From the NCBI RefSeq assembly GCF_030144855.1, contig NC_082720.1:72788001-72852000 (forward strand): a stretch of 64,000 nt of DNA. Reading direction: 5' to 3'. A model generated the notes under the pieces. The model had not been told where the DNA came from and did not search any database. It saw only the letters and a list, made by a program, of their open reading frames with translations. Below, piece by piece: positions 21,878 to 33,349 of the stretch. Position 1 is the first letter of the stretch. Each line of letters begins with the position of its first letter. This stretch comes from Hypanus sabinus. Taxonomy: Eukaryota. Made by a program: the position numbers and the translations under genes.

Positions 21878-22112
21878 TATTTATTTTGAGATCCAACACT
21901 GTAGCTTCCTGCCGAACGCACCTGCACCACCCAGTTACACCCAGATGTCCAATTAATGGGTACGTCTTTGGAAAGTGGAAGGAAACTAGGAGCACACAGA
22001 GGAAACCCATGTGGTCACAGGGAGAACATAGAAATTCCTTAAAGAGAGCAATGGAATTGACTCTGGGTCACTGGATTTGTACAGGCTGTAATTCTAACCC
22101 CTACGCAACAAT
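21878..22112 (-). mobile_element. HE1/V-SINE-like tRNA-derived SINE
   Basis: Reverse V-domain cgtctttggaaagtggaaggaaactaggagcac..ggaaacccatgtggtcacagggagaac. Confidence 0.75.
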
Positions 22113-22171
22113 GGCATCTATTTGTCTTATCCTGGTCTCTTAGACAAAGGGGCTTTGCTTGATTGAGGAAA

Positions 22172-22400
22172 TGTAGAACATTGAATAATACAGCACAGTA
22201 TGGGTCCTTAAGCTCAAAATGCTATATAAACCTACTCCATGATCAATCTAACATTTCCCTTCCACATAGCATATAACCCACCTTTTTTCTTACAATGATG
22301 TGCTCACCAAAGAATCTCTTAACTTTCCCATCGTATTAGCCTCTATCACCATCCTTGGCAGTGCATTCTAGCCATCCACTGTTCTCTGTGTAAAGAAACC
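22172..22400 (-). mobile_element. CR1 3' fragment
   Basis: tagaacattgaataatacagcacag.. tail and ggcagtgcattc..ctctgtgtaaagaa. Confidence 0.6.
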
Positions 22401-22567
22401 TACATGTATCACCTGTTTCTATTCCATGCTGAGTTCGATGTATTTCATTCATGGCAATGTAGACATTGTCCATCATTTATTGCACTTGAGAAGATAGTGT
22501 TGAATTGCCTCTTTAAACCATTGTGCTCCATGTGGTGAAGTTGCTGCAAGCTGAAACACTTCCCTTA

Positions 22568-22701
22568 CACAAGAGTTTCTGCAGATGCTGGAAATCCAGA
22601 GGAAGACACACAAAATATCGGAGGAACTCAGCAGATCAGGCTGCATCTACTGAATAAATAAACAGTCAAAGTTTCAGGCTGAGACCCTTCATCAGTTCTT
22701 C
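22568..22701 (-). mobile_element. PLE-derived short element with hammerhead motif
   Basis: Minus strand CTGATGA-A-GGG-TCTCAG-CCT-GAA-ACTT-T-GACTG. TSD AACACTTCCCTTA (22555-22567) / AACACTTCCTTTA (22702-22714). Confidence 0.85.
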
Positions 22702-22766
22702 AACACTTCCTTTATCAAGCTGAATCAGAATTTGCTACCAGTGCATTTCATCTAGAAGACAAGCAA

Positions 22767-22840
22767 GATCTGTCAGTTGCTTTGTCCTAAATGATGAGAC
22801 CCATTGTGGCAGGATCTGTCAGTTGCTTTGTCCTAAATGA
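22767..22840. repeat. Local 28-bp direct duplication
   Basis: gatctgtcagttgctttgtcctaaatga at 22767-22794 and 22813-22840. Confidence 0.9.
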
Positions 22841-22951
22841 GATATTATGTAAGCTCGAGGCCAGACCAGAACAGGCCGCAGACTGGACTCACCCACAAAA
22901 CAGAACTATAGATGCAACACACACAAAATGCTGGACTTGTCCGGATAAAGG

Positions 22952-23375
22952 GTCTCCCTAGTCTCTGCTCTTATATATCAAGAGGGGCACTAATTTGACT
23001 GGTCATCAGTGAAAGTCCTGGCGGAAGCGAACACACAGCCTGCAAGAGAATTCCTAGAAGCGTGGTTTTCCATGAACAATGTGGAGTTTTATTCTATTTA
23101 TGAGCCGATGTGGGCAAAATTCCAGACCACAGCGCATGAAGTTGACCACACAGCCAATCGGCAACAAGATTTCCTCCCCACATCACAATCAAGTTTTGGA
23201 AATGATGTTCAATCAGCTGGTTGAAAAGTATATAAAAGCCAAGCATTCGGAGGACACATCACAGTGAACAACGCACTGACGACGTCTCCTTGCTTGGTGA
23301 TGAAATGTTTGCAAGTAAATTGCCAAGATCAAAGAGCAACTCAACCCAACCAGCCACCATATCTTCCAAATTATT
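22952..23375 (+). mobile_element. Penelope-like element family 2, 3' end (GIY-YIG C-terminus and pLTR)
   Basis: SLVSALIYQEGH*FDWSSVKVLAEANTQPAREFLEAWFS, then CCAAT (23154), TATAAAA (23231) and a hammerhead. Confidence 0.8.
23273..23312 (+). ncRNA. Minimal type-I hammerhead ribozyme (family 2), catalytic core intact
   Basis: GCA-CTGACGA-C-GTCTCC-TTGCTT-GGTGAT-GAA-ATGT-T-TGC. Stem I is GCA/TGC; stem II has 5 of 6 pairs including one G-U. Confidence 0.75.
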
Positions 23376-23443
23376 TCCATCGGGGATAGGAAAATTATTC
23401 CCTATTTCTCATAATTCTTTATTAAACAATGTTCATCCCCAGT

Positions 23444-23635
23444 AACACACACAAAATGCCAGAGGAACTCAGTATGCCAGGCAGATCTGTGGAGAGAAAT
23501 AAGCAGTTGAAGTTTGGGCTGAGATCTTTCATTGGCCCAAAATGTCTTGATTGATGCTGTCTGACCTGCTGAGTTCCTCCTGCATTTTGTGTGCATTGCC
23601 CTGGAATTCCAGCATCTGCAGAATCTCTTGTGTTA
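23444..23635. mobile_element. Palindromic PLE-derived mini-element (internally deleted)
   Basis: Arms acacacaaaatgccagaggaactcag / ctgagttcctcctgcattttgtgtg, plus ttccagcatctgcagaatctcttgtg. Confidence 0.8.
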
Positions 23636-24564
23636 AAGATGCAAGTCAACCAGTTCAGGCATTCAGAAACATTCAAGAACAAAATCATTTCATCTATTTT
23701 ACAAGTAATTTGTCACTACTAAAAAAGTTAAACATTTCAAAAACATGTTAAACTTAGTCAATTAAAGTTTACTAAAATGCCTTTTTCCCTCAGAGCCATC
23801 CTTCTCCATTCTAGTGAGTAACCTTATTCACCTTCAGCTGACAAAGTCCCCATGGAAACCACAGAAACTTTCTAGCATGTACTGCTCCATCAGTGTACAG
23901 TAGAAAAGTAGAGTGCCAAGTGGCCTATTTGCTGGACAATATTGTGGCGATTTTTCAGCAAAGCCATTTGTGATTATATGGATATCCACATTGGACTCAC
24001 TTTGGAAATCTGTCATTGCCAAATAATCTTGAAGCAGACAGAAACTAAATTTATCAGTAAAGAAGCCATAATATATCCCAGTTTTTAAAACTCGAGGCAG
24101 CAGTCAACGCTGGGACTATATGAGTACAGGAGTGTACCAACCTCCAGTTGTGCTTGTTTCCAGAGATTCTGTTCCACTGGGTTTTAATGAGTACAGGTGA
24201 GTGTAACATGCCCACTAAGCTCACACATGTATAGTGCTGGTGATTAGAGAACACACTTTCCCACTTATTGTTTCATTTCTTCTTCATCTCAGCACAGTTT
24301 GATTCACTCTTCAGATCATGCCTAATGCCAAGTTTTTATTTTAAGGGTTTGTATTGGGATTCAGACATGTTCCAAATCACATTTAAAATTGGTAAAGATA
24401 ATTTTTAAGTTAAATCCAGTGGAATGCATTGGAATGCATTTAGCGGTGTTATTCTGAAGGGATGCAGAACATGACACTGCATTGTGTCTATAACAAAACT
24501 GTATCTCACTGCTGGATTAACTATTTTTGTCCTGGTGTTATGTGAAATGGTGCTTTTATGGAAC

Positions 24565-25520
24565 TTAGAACATAGGTTAATACAGTACCACAGGGAACAA
24601 GCCCTTCAGCCCATGATGTTGTAACAAACTAATTAAGTTAGTTTTTAAATACCTAAGTTAATCCCTTCTGTCTACACAATGTCCATAACCCTCCACTTAC
24701 TACATATTCAAGTGCTTATCAAAGATCCTTTCAAAGTCTCTGTCATATTTGCCTACAGTACCACTCCTGGCACATGCCACATTCTGAGTTAAAAAAAATT
24801 GTCCCACACATCTCCTTTGAACTTACCCCTTTTCACTTTAAGTGCTTTCCTCGAGTATTAGACATTTCAACCCTGTGAGAAAAGTACCAGCTGAGTACTG
24901 TGCCCCTCTGATAATCTTATAAATTTCTATCAGGTTTCCTGTCAGTCTCTGCCACTCCAGAGAAAACAAGAACAAACCGAGGTTTGTCCAATCTTTCTAT
25001 GTAGCACGTGCCCCCTAATTCAGCCAGCATCCTGGTAAACCTTATTTGCATCCTCTCCAAACTTCCACATCCTTCCTATAATAGGGTGAGCAGAATTAAA
25101 TGCAATATCCTATATGTGGCCTAACCAGAGTTTTATAAAGCTGCAACATAACTTCCTGACTCTTGAACTCATTACCTCAAGTAATTAATGCAAATATGCC
25201 AGCGACCTTCCTTATCATGATATGAACCTGTGCAGCCACTTTCAGAGAGCTATGGATTTGAATTCCAAGATTCCTCTGTACATCAACACTGCTAAGGGTC
25301 CTGCCATTAACTGTGTATTATGCTTTTACATTTGATCTCCCAAAGTACACCATCTTACACTTGACATGACTAAATTCTGTCTGAATTCCTTTGCTCATCT
25401 GCACCTGATTTGTATCCTGCTGTATCCTCTAACAATCTTCCACACCATCCACATCACTAACAATTTCTGTCAACCACCATCCATGTTTTCATCCAAGTCA
25501 TTTACATATATCTCACATGT
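24565..25520 (-). mobile_element. Older CR1 3' ~0.95 kb
   Basis: Collinear with the 6275-7100 copy, ending at VNDLDENMDG. Confidence 0.8.
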
Positions 25521-25747
25521 AATTCTTAAGTAGAAAGTAATTCTGTTTTCATTATTTGTGAAGTAGTACAGTAGAATGTACTTTCCAAAATGGAGGCTGT
25601 TAAAGAAAAATAATGAAGGAAGGTAATAAAGGAAAATGGGACATGCAACTTCTTTAATACCTTTCACAATTTTAGGATATCCCTGTGCATTACATCCTTT
25701 GACAGCAATGTCCTAGAAATACAAAGTGATAACCAAAATATCTGCAT

Positions 25748-25963
25748 AAGAGATTAAGTAAATTCTGGAACTCCAGAGTAACACACACAAAATACTGGAT
25801 GAACTCAGGAGCATCTATATAGAGCAGAGGTTCTCATTCTTTTGTATGTCGTGGAGCAATACCATTGAGCAAGGGGTCCATGGACCCCAGTTTGGGAGCC
25901 CCTGATACAGAGGAATAAACAGTTGACATTTCAGGCTGAGACCCTTCTTTAAGACTGGAGCTG
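25748..25963 (-). mobile_element. PLE-derived short element with degenerate hammerhead, hosting a hAT MITE
   Basis: Family arm sequence and an exact 11-bp TSD AATATCTGCAT (25737-25747 / 25964-25974). Confidence 0.8.
25825..25904. mobile_element. 80-bp hAT (Charlie-type) MITE
   Basis: Imperfect TIRs CAGAGGTTCTCA / TGGGAGCCCCTG. 8-bp TSD ATATAGAG (25817-25824) / ATACAGAG (25905-25912). Confidence 0.8.
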
Positions 25964-26309
25964 AATATCTGCATTTTGTTTGGGGCACTATTTGCTGATT
26001 TGAATCTGAGCTTAAGCAGGGGAAATTTTGTTCACAAAGTTTTGCTCCAGGTTGCATTGCTCACTTTTCAACTCACATTGCTACTATAAGTTTGGTTGAC
26101 TGTTTGTTGCTGTTCCATATCAAGCTCATCCTTAACCTTAAATGTTGTCTCCTGCTTTTATTTTAGTTCACCACAAGTATTATTGCAATTAAAGTAAAAC
26201 CACTTGCATTCTAGTAACACCTGTGAACATTGCCAGTGAGAACAGCAAGGGCAGGGGGTGTGGATGAGTCTGTATTCATTAAAATTTGTCTTTTATTTTA
26301 TAGGGGCCG

Positions 26310-26680
26310 TGCCAAGACAGAGGAAGTGCTTCCTGCCTGGTTAAGGAGGAGGACTTCTTAACTGGGGCTGCTAACTCAGAAAATGGTGAGTCTCTTGAAT
26401 CTATGATGTTTAAAAAAGACTTACCATGACTGTGTGCTAAGACACTTTCTTCATTATGGATATTTTCAAGGACTCCACAACTCATGTTCCCAGTATTATT
26501 TACTTATTACTTATTCTTTTTGTATTTGCACAGATTATCTTTTGCACGCTGGTTGTTCGTCAAGCTTTGTTCCTGTGTATTTTTTCATTGATTCTATTGT
26601 ATCTCTTTGTGCTACTGTGAATACCTGCAAGAAAATGAATCTTTGGGTAATATATGGTGACATCCATGTACTTTGAACTG
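26310..26680 (+). mobile_element. Rex1/Babar-like LINE 3' UTR fragment
   Basis: Shares caagaaaatgaatct..gtatatggtgacat..tactttgaact with 55900-56110 and 62440-62655. Confidence 0.55.
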
Positions 26681-28239
26681 TCCAGCAACCTAACCACACT
26701 TTGGAAATGAAAGGATATTTGTCAGGGACTTCTCAGATAATGATGTGACTGACATCAAACTCTGATATATAGAGCAAGAGAGAAAAAAAGTACATTAAGT
26801 GCCTGTTAATCAAGTCTCCATCAGCTGGGAGACATGCAGGCAATTTCTCATTTGTCTCTTTCTCTGCTGTAATATTACCAGCTTTTCCCTTATTAAAGTC
26901 TAAATTGTAGCCTTGAAATCATTGTCACTTCTAAAATATGGCTCTTCGTGGAGTTTTAATTGATCATTCAGATTTTTCTTCTATGAACTTTAATGCCACT
27001 CCTGTTCTCCGATTGGTCATCACCAATTCAGGAGTAAACAACTTGTTTTTCTTACCTGACACAGAGGAAGGGTGAGAAACTGTTCACAGACTGACCACAG
27101 AATGCAGGCAAGTCAGCATTTATATGTTCTATTGTTGCTATTGGCTGTAACTCAAATGCTTAGCCAAAACACACACCCCTTCCAAAGACACTAAGGCCAC
27201 ATCTCAGAGGACCCTTGGATAATTGGCTTCAAGCTTAGCATTGACTGGAAGATGATTTGATTAATCATGCATAAACTCGGGAACTGATGGAAACAATAAG
27301 CTGCTCTTGCTGCATCTATGGAATGAGAATTTTTAGGGGTAAATATTTCAGGTCAGATGAACTGAATACAATGTTCAAAATAAGATCTGCAATGTGCTAG
27401 AAATCTTATTGACCTGGACAAAACTCCTTTGACTTCAAAGTTTTCCAGTCACCGAGAAGGCACACCACACAGGACCAGCTCAGGTGACCCATATTATGCA
27501 AGGGTCATAAGGTCCAAGGAAATATATGTGACAGATTAGGCCGTGCATTCACAAGTGCTCAGAGGACCCCTCTTATGCTATCATTCCGCAATTGCAAACT
27601 TAGTGGACAATGTTTAGCAGATAATGAGGTAAAGGGTATTGATAGAGGTTGGGAAGGAGGCAGCTAGAAGGGAAGACAGAGATTGTGGTTGCGTGTTGGA
27701 GCAGTATATCATGCCCTGAGGGATGGCTTGAATGAGGGGTGGAGGACAAATGATGCAAGGGCGATGCTGACGGTGAAAAGAGGGGTGTTTTGGTGTGAAT
27801 GGCCTGTGCTCTGTGCTCTTTGTGGGCTTTGTTAGTACAAAATAATTTTGTGTAAGTTTTATGCCACTGCAAATGCCTGGTGGTCTCCATGTTCACATTT
27901 CTTATTTGCACAGATGAACAAAATAAAATATTGAAAGTGTACCGTGCTAGATGCACAATTATTGCATAACTTCAAGCCCACCCTGCGTCTATCCACAGAT
28001 GCTGCTGTGTATATACAGCAGGTTCTGTTTAATTCTGAGGATTTCAGTGTTTGCTTTTGTATTAAGCAATTGGCACTGTCCTTTGGAAATATTTCTTTAT
28101 TACAGACCTTATGGTACTAACATATTCACTCAACCTCAGATTGTGTTGACCAAAAGAATGTGTTGTATTATTTTCTTTTGCGTATATTGGGGAAAAAAAT
28201 CTGAATTTAATAATGTATAGAATGGTTTATTTTAAATGG

Positions 28240-28660
28240 TCTCTTCCTCAATTTCCCACTCTGGTCACTCTCATACCTCTTCTCCTCCTCACCTGCCTAT
28301 TAGCACTCCATGATGCCCCTCCTCCTTCCCTTTTCTCACATACTCAACTCTCCCCTCCTGTCAGATCCCTTCTTCTCCTGCCCTTTACCTTTTCCAACTA
28401 TCACCTCCCAGTCCCTTACTTCATTCTCCTCCCCATTCACCAGGCTTCACCTATTGTCTTCCAACTTATACTCCTTCCCCAACCCTCAACTTCTTATTCT
28501 GGCTTCTTCTGCCTTGCATTCCAATCCTGACGAAAGCTACCAGCCAGAAACATCAGGTGTTTATCCACTTTCATAGATGCTGCCTGATCTACTGTGTTCC
28601 TCCTGAATTTTGTGCATATTACTCTGGATTTCCAACATCTGTATAGTCTCTTGTGTTTAT
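28240..28660 (+). mobile_element. PLE family 1 3' UTR/pLTR with degenerate hammerhead (CTGACGA at 28527)
   Basis: Pyrimidine-rich tract homologous to 32720-33020, then caatcctgacgaaagc..gaaacatc and the family arm. Confidence 0.8.
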
Positions 28661-31135
28661 TATTAACTTCCTGATTTTACGTTTCTGGTTTGTTCACAGT
28701 TACAAAGTTGATCAAGATTTTACAACCTTGAAATAAAATAGGGTGATTTGCAAGTTTCTGTACCTGTGCCCTTTTAATCATTCATTAGCTCACAGTGAGA
28801 TCAATAGCAATGCTGTAATGGCTTTTTAGGCCACTAGTAAATCTCTGCACTATCATGGAGATTCTTAATTTAAGAATTCTTTGCATTTGTCCCCTGGCAA
28901 CAAATCTTAATGCAGTTAGGTCAACTGTTATTGCATGTTGCACCTCCTTCTGGGAGCTATTGGCCTTCATTTTATTTTGGGTTTAGGAGTGAATGTAAAA
29001 CTTATCAGTGGCTGTAAATGAGCGGATCGACCTAGGGGACTTTAGCCATGCCAGTAGTGATTGGATTTGCTGCTTGTGATTTGGTTCAACATTCTATCTT
29101 CGATTATGAGGAGCGTCTTGTTTTCTAAGTTAGTTGAAGCTAAACTAATTATGAAATGACAGTTTAGAGGAAAAAATGTGATTAGAATTCTTCAATATGT
29201 TGTTTCCAGATGTTATTTGGTCACAGGTGTGATATTATTATGCCACACAGCAAGAGATGAAAGCCTTGGACAACAAGGGAACACTTTTTATTAGGCTCTT
29301 TATTTATATAAATGAGATGCTCGACATTAATAAGGTTCTTGGAGATAGAAATGGGTTCTTTGATGCTTTAGAAACGAGAGGCATTTGAGGTGTATTGAGA
29401 CACTGGGAGTTCATGGAAAGAGATTAAATGAAAGATGAGGGTGCCAAACATTATATGGTTACATAGCAAAGAGACAGCCCAAATTCTACATGTTGGCGGT
29501 TATGCTTCATACTTGAACCTTCCACAAATATTTATTTCGACAACTCAGCAGTGCGTAGTGTTTTTTTTCTTCCCTGATGCAGTTATCTAATTTCCTCTGA
29601 AAAGTACCTGAACTATTGGATGTGTTACCCTCTGTCCTACCCATTGATGTACATGGGTGAGGACTGAAGGGAATATTTAGTATGATTTTCTGAAGGTGAA
29701 GAAGATCTTGAAAATTAAAATAGAAAAATAAAATTAGTTCTATTTGTGAAGGGTCCTATATTGTTGTCCCTTTTGGGTCACTTTCACATTCATATAGTTC
29801 CCTTCTTACCTATGAAACAATTCTTTCTGAAGGAGAAAATGTTGAAAAATAGGACCAATTTAGAAAAGATTAATAAGCCTATTCTTCTGTTGGTGGGTGA
29901 GCCTTTTTCCCCTGGCATGTTTCTTTATTCTTGGCCTCACTGCTAAAGCTAAAGCTGAAACTCTGCACTATTTTCTGTGAGTGAGAGCTTTGAGAGATTT
30001 GTGGTTACACTAGAGAATAGAGGTGATAAAAATGAGATACATAATAAGGATCTGGGAACAAAGAAAGTTGCCAGTTTTGTTCAGAAACTTTGTGTGGAGA
30101 TAATACAAAATACAGTGGAAGATCTGCAGTCTAAATTCCTTGGGAGTGAGCAGTATTAGAATTATGGAAATAGTTGAATAATTGGCTCTCTGTGCATACA
30201 ACAAAGTTGTTGTATGCCCCGTAAGTTAAAAACCATTTTCCATTGGTTTATACAACTTAAATTCTAATTGAGTAGTTCATTTGCAAAATCATAATCACCT
30301 TACTTTTTATGTGTGTACTACGATATGTTTAGTTTTGACTAAAGAAAAAGATGGCTGGAATTGCTTAGTACTTCCATGCAAGAATATTTATTAGGTGCAT
30401 TAAAAAACAAACTTACAAAAATTAGCTAAATTAGTGAAAATACTGCCAATATTTACAAAAAGGTATCTACCAGAAAACACAATAAATAGCTCCTTAGTAC
30501 TTTTGTCCAGTATGAACTCCTGATAGTTCGATCTCTCTCACTCTGTTACTGAGAGTGGTCTGTCCTGTGTTTTTAGGCACCTTTTAACTACCTTTAATCA
30601 CTCACAAAGTTAATTTAAGTCTGCACATGAATTAGAATATGATGCACCCCACAATGTAGTTAAAATTATTTCACAAAATAAATAGAAGTAATACCTTAAT
30701 CCAGTATATATACACATTTACACATCTCCATTACTAAAGGAATGGAATATTCCACTGTGTATGGTGGGAAAGGCACCACAAATCCAAACTTTTTAGGATC
30801 CACGATGAAAATATACCAGGAAGACAACAAAGTGCACACATTCAGCACAACAACAGCAAAATGACAAGGCTGTGCATTTGTGTGCATGTATATGGAGTGC
30901 GTTCACTGAGCGCACACGGTGCTAAACTGTTATTAAATTCGGAACTAACACAAAATAGAAACTCACCAACAAATTGCCAAAATTGGGATGTTCTTGCTTG
31001 TTAAGAATTTTATTGTGATTTATTCCCCTTAAGTTACAATGAGATCAGATACTTGGTCTTTCAAAGCCATTGCCTTTTATTAAAGAGACAGCACCAATCT
31101 ACTTGATCTTGAACTGGCAAGACAACAGTATGGCA

Positions 31136-31395
31136 ATAAATAAAAAAAAATTAAAAAACCCACAAAATGCTGGCAGAGCTCAGCAGGCCAGACAGCATTT
31201 ATGGAGGATGTAGTGACGACGTTTTGGGCCGAAACCCTTCATCAGGAGTTTCGGCCAGAAACGTTGTCACTACCTCCTCCCATAGATGCTGTCTGGCCTG
31301 CTGAGTTCTGCCAGCATTTTGTGTTTTTTTGTGTTTTTTGTTTTTTATTTATTTATTTTTATTTATTTCCAGCATCTGCAGGTTCACTAATGTTG
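31136..31395. mobile_element. Palindromic PLE-derived mini-element (well-preserved hairpin)
   Basis: Near-perfect arms ~31160-31235 / 31250-31325. Minus-strand CTGATGA-A-GGG-TTTCGG-CCC-AAA-ACGT-C. TSD CAACAGTATGGCA (31123-31135) / CAACTGTATGGCA (31396-31408). Confidence 0.9.
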
Positions 31396-31829
31396 CAACT
31401 GTATGGCAGATGTATTTGCTCAAAATCTGTTGGTAGACATGATCACTGCAGAGTTTTTAGTGGGTTCAGAATTCTATTTTCACACTGAGCACATATGCAC
31501 AATGCTGAATGTGATGGACTTAAATCTGGCAGCTCTCTACTGGGCAGCTATGAGTTGCTGTGGAACAATAAGAACAAAGAGTAGCAGAATCTTTCACAAG
31601 TACAATCGGTAACCACGTAAATTGACATATTGATCAATTGGCCATTGCGATCTTGCAAAGGGACCAATCCTGGTTCAATGACTAGTGCAGAAAAGCATAA
31701 TGGGCACAAAAGCATTCATATCTAAAATTAATGAGGTGCCTGTCTAACGAAGCAGCAATCTAGGATTATCTGTGTAGTGAGTATCAAAGGCAGCATATAG
31801 TAGACAGAGCTAAATGATTCCATAACCAG

Positions 31830-32135
31830 CAAAACAGATCAAAGCTGTACATGGAAGGCAGCCCCTCTCTGTGGATTCTGTCTGTGCTTCTCGCTGCCTC
31901 GGTAAAGCAGCCAGAAAGACTGCATCGACCCAAGTATTCACGTTTCCACCTTGTTCCATTGGGCAGAAGATACAAAAGCCTGAAAGCATGTATCAACAGG
32001 GTCAACAGGCACAAGGTCAGTTGTAGGACTATTGAATAGTTCTTTGGTATGACAAGTTGGATTTCTGACCTCAAAGTCTACTTCGTTATGATCTTACACA
32101 TTATTATTTACTTGCACTGCACTTTTCTCTGTAGC
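31830..32135 (+). mobile_element. Old Rex1/Babar-like LINE 3' fragment
   Basis: RFHLVPLGRRYKSLKACINR, an LPSGRRY-type motif. Confidence 0.6.
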
Positions 32136-32139
32136 ATCC

Positions 32140-33125
32140 TGTACATCTGCTTTCCCATCTATCCACCACCTTAATCAGGATAGAGTTCCTCTCATCCACA
32201 CCTATCGCCCCATGAGACTAGCACCAAACAATTCTTTACCTTGCCCCATTCTCTGCTTTCCACAGGGATTGCTCCCTCCTTGATTTCCTTGTCCATTCTT
32301 CCTTCCAAATTAATTTCCCTCCTGGCCTTTATCCCTGCAAGCGAAAGAACTGCTAAACGTGCCAATTCATCTCCTTCTTTATCTTCAACCAGGACCTCAA
32401 ACAGTCCTTCCAGGTGAGGCAACACTTCACCTGTGAGACTTTTGGGGTCATCTACTATCTCCTGTGCTCTGACGCAGGCTCCTCTACATTGGTGTGATCC
32501 AGTGTAGATTCAGGACTACATTGTCAAGCACCTTTCCTCCATCTGCAAAAAGCAGGATTCCCAGTGGACAACCATTTTAATTCCAATCTTAATTCCGATT
32601 CCGATATGTCAGCCCATGGTCTCCTCTATTGCCATGAAGAGGGCACTCTCAGGTTGGAGGAACAACACCTCATATTGCGTAGCCTCTATTCTGATGGCAT
32701 GAACATTGATTTCTTCAACTTCTATTAATTTTTCCTCTCCCCCTTTACCTACTCTTCAATTCCCTACCCTGCAACCCCTCTTAATTCCTCTCCACATCAT
32801 CAGCCTGTCAGCTCCCCATGGTGGCCCTCCTCCTTCCCTTTCTCTCATTGTCCACTATCCACTCTGATCAGATCCCTTCTTTTCCAGCCCTTTACCAACT
32901 ACAACATACAAGCTTCTTACTTCATCTCGCACAACCACCACCTGTCACCTTCTGTCACTTTCTAGCTTGTACCCCTTCCCTTTCCCCATCTTCTTATTCT
33001 GGCTTCTTTCACCATCCTTTCTGGTCCTGATGCAGCGTCTCGGCCCAAATCGTTGACTGTTTATTCATTTCCATACGTGCTGCCTGACCTGCTGAGTTCC
33101 TCTAGAATTCTAGTCTTACAACATC
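32140..33125 (+). mobile_element. Penelope-like element family 1, 3' ~1 kb (GIY-YIG endonuclease remnant and pLTR with degenerate hammerhead at ~33022-33059)
   Basis: DRVPLIHTY; QSFQVRQHFTCETFGVIY..C..LYIG; PVDNHFNS; RLEEQHLI; DGMNIDF. Then ctggtcctgatgcagcgtctcggcccaaatcgttgactg. Confidence 0.88.
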
Positions 33126-33349
33126 TGCAACCTCAGTGACACAGAGGCAGAACAAATGACTGTTAAAAAAAAGGCTGAAGCATTCATAGTCATGTTCAGC
33201 CTGAAGTGCCAAGCAGATGATCTTGGCTTCCTCTAAAACCCCATCCTTCCAGAAGCCAGCATGCAGCCAACTGGATTCACTCCATGTATCAGCAAAAGGC
33301 TGAGAATACCAGATATAGTGAAGGCCGTGGGAGTAAGCAATATTCCAGT

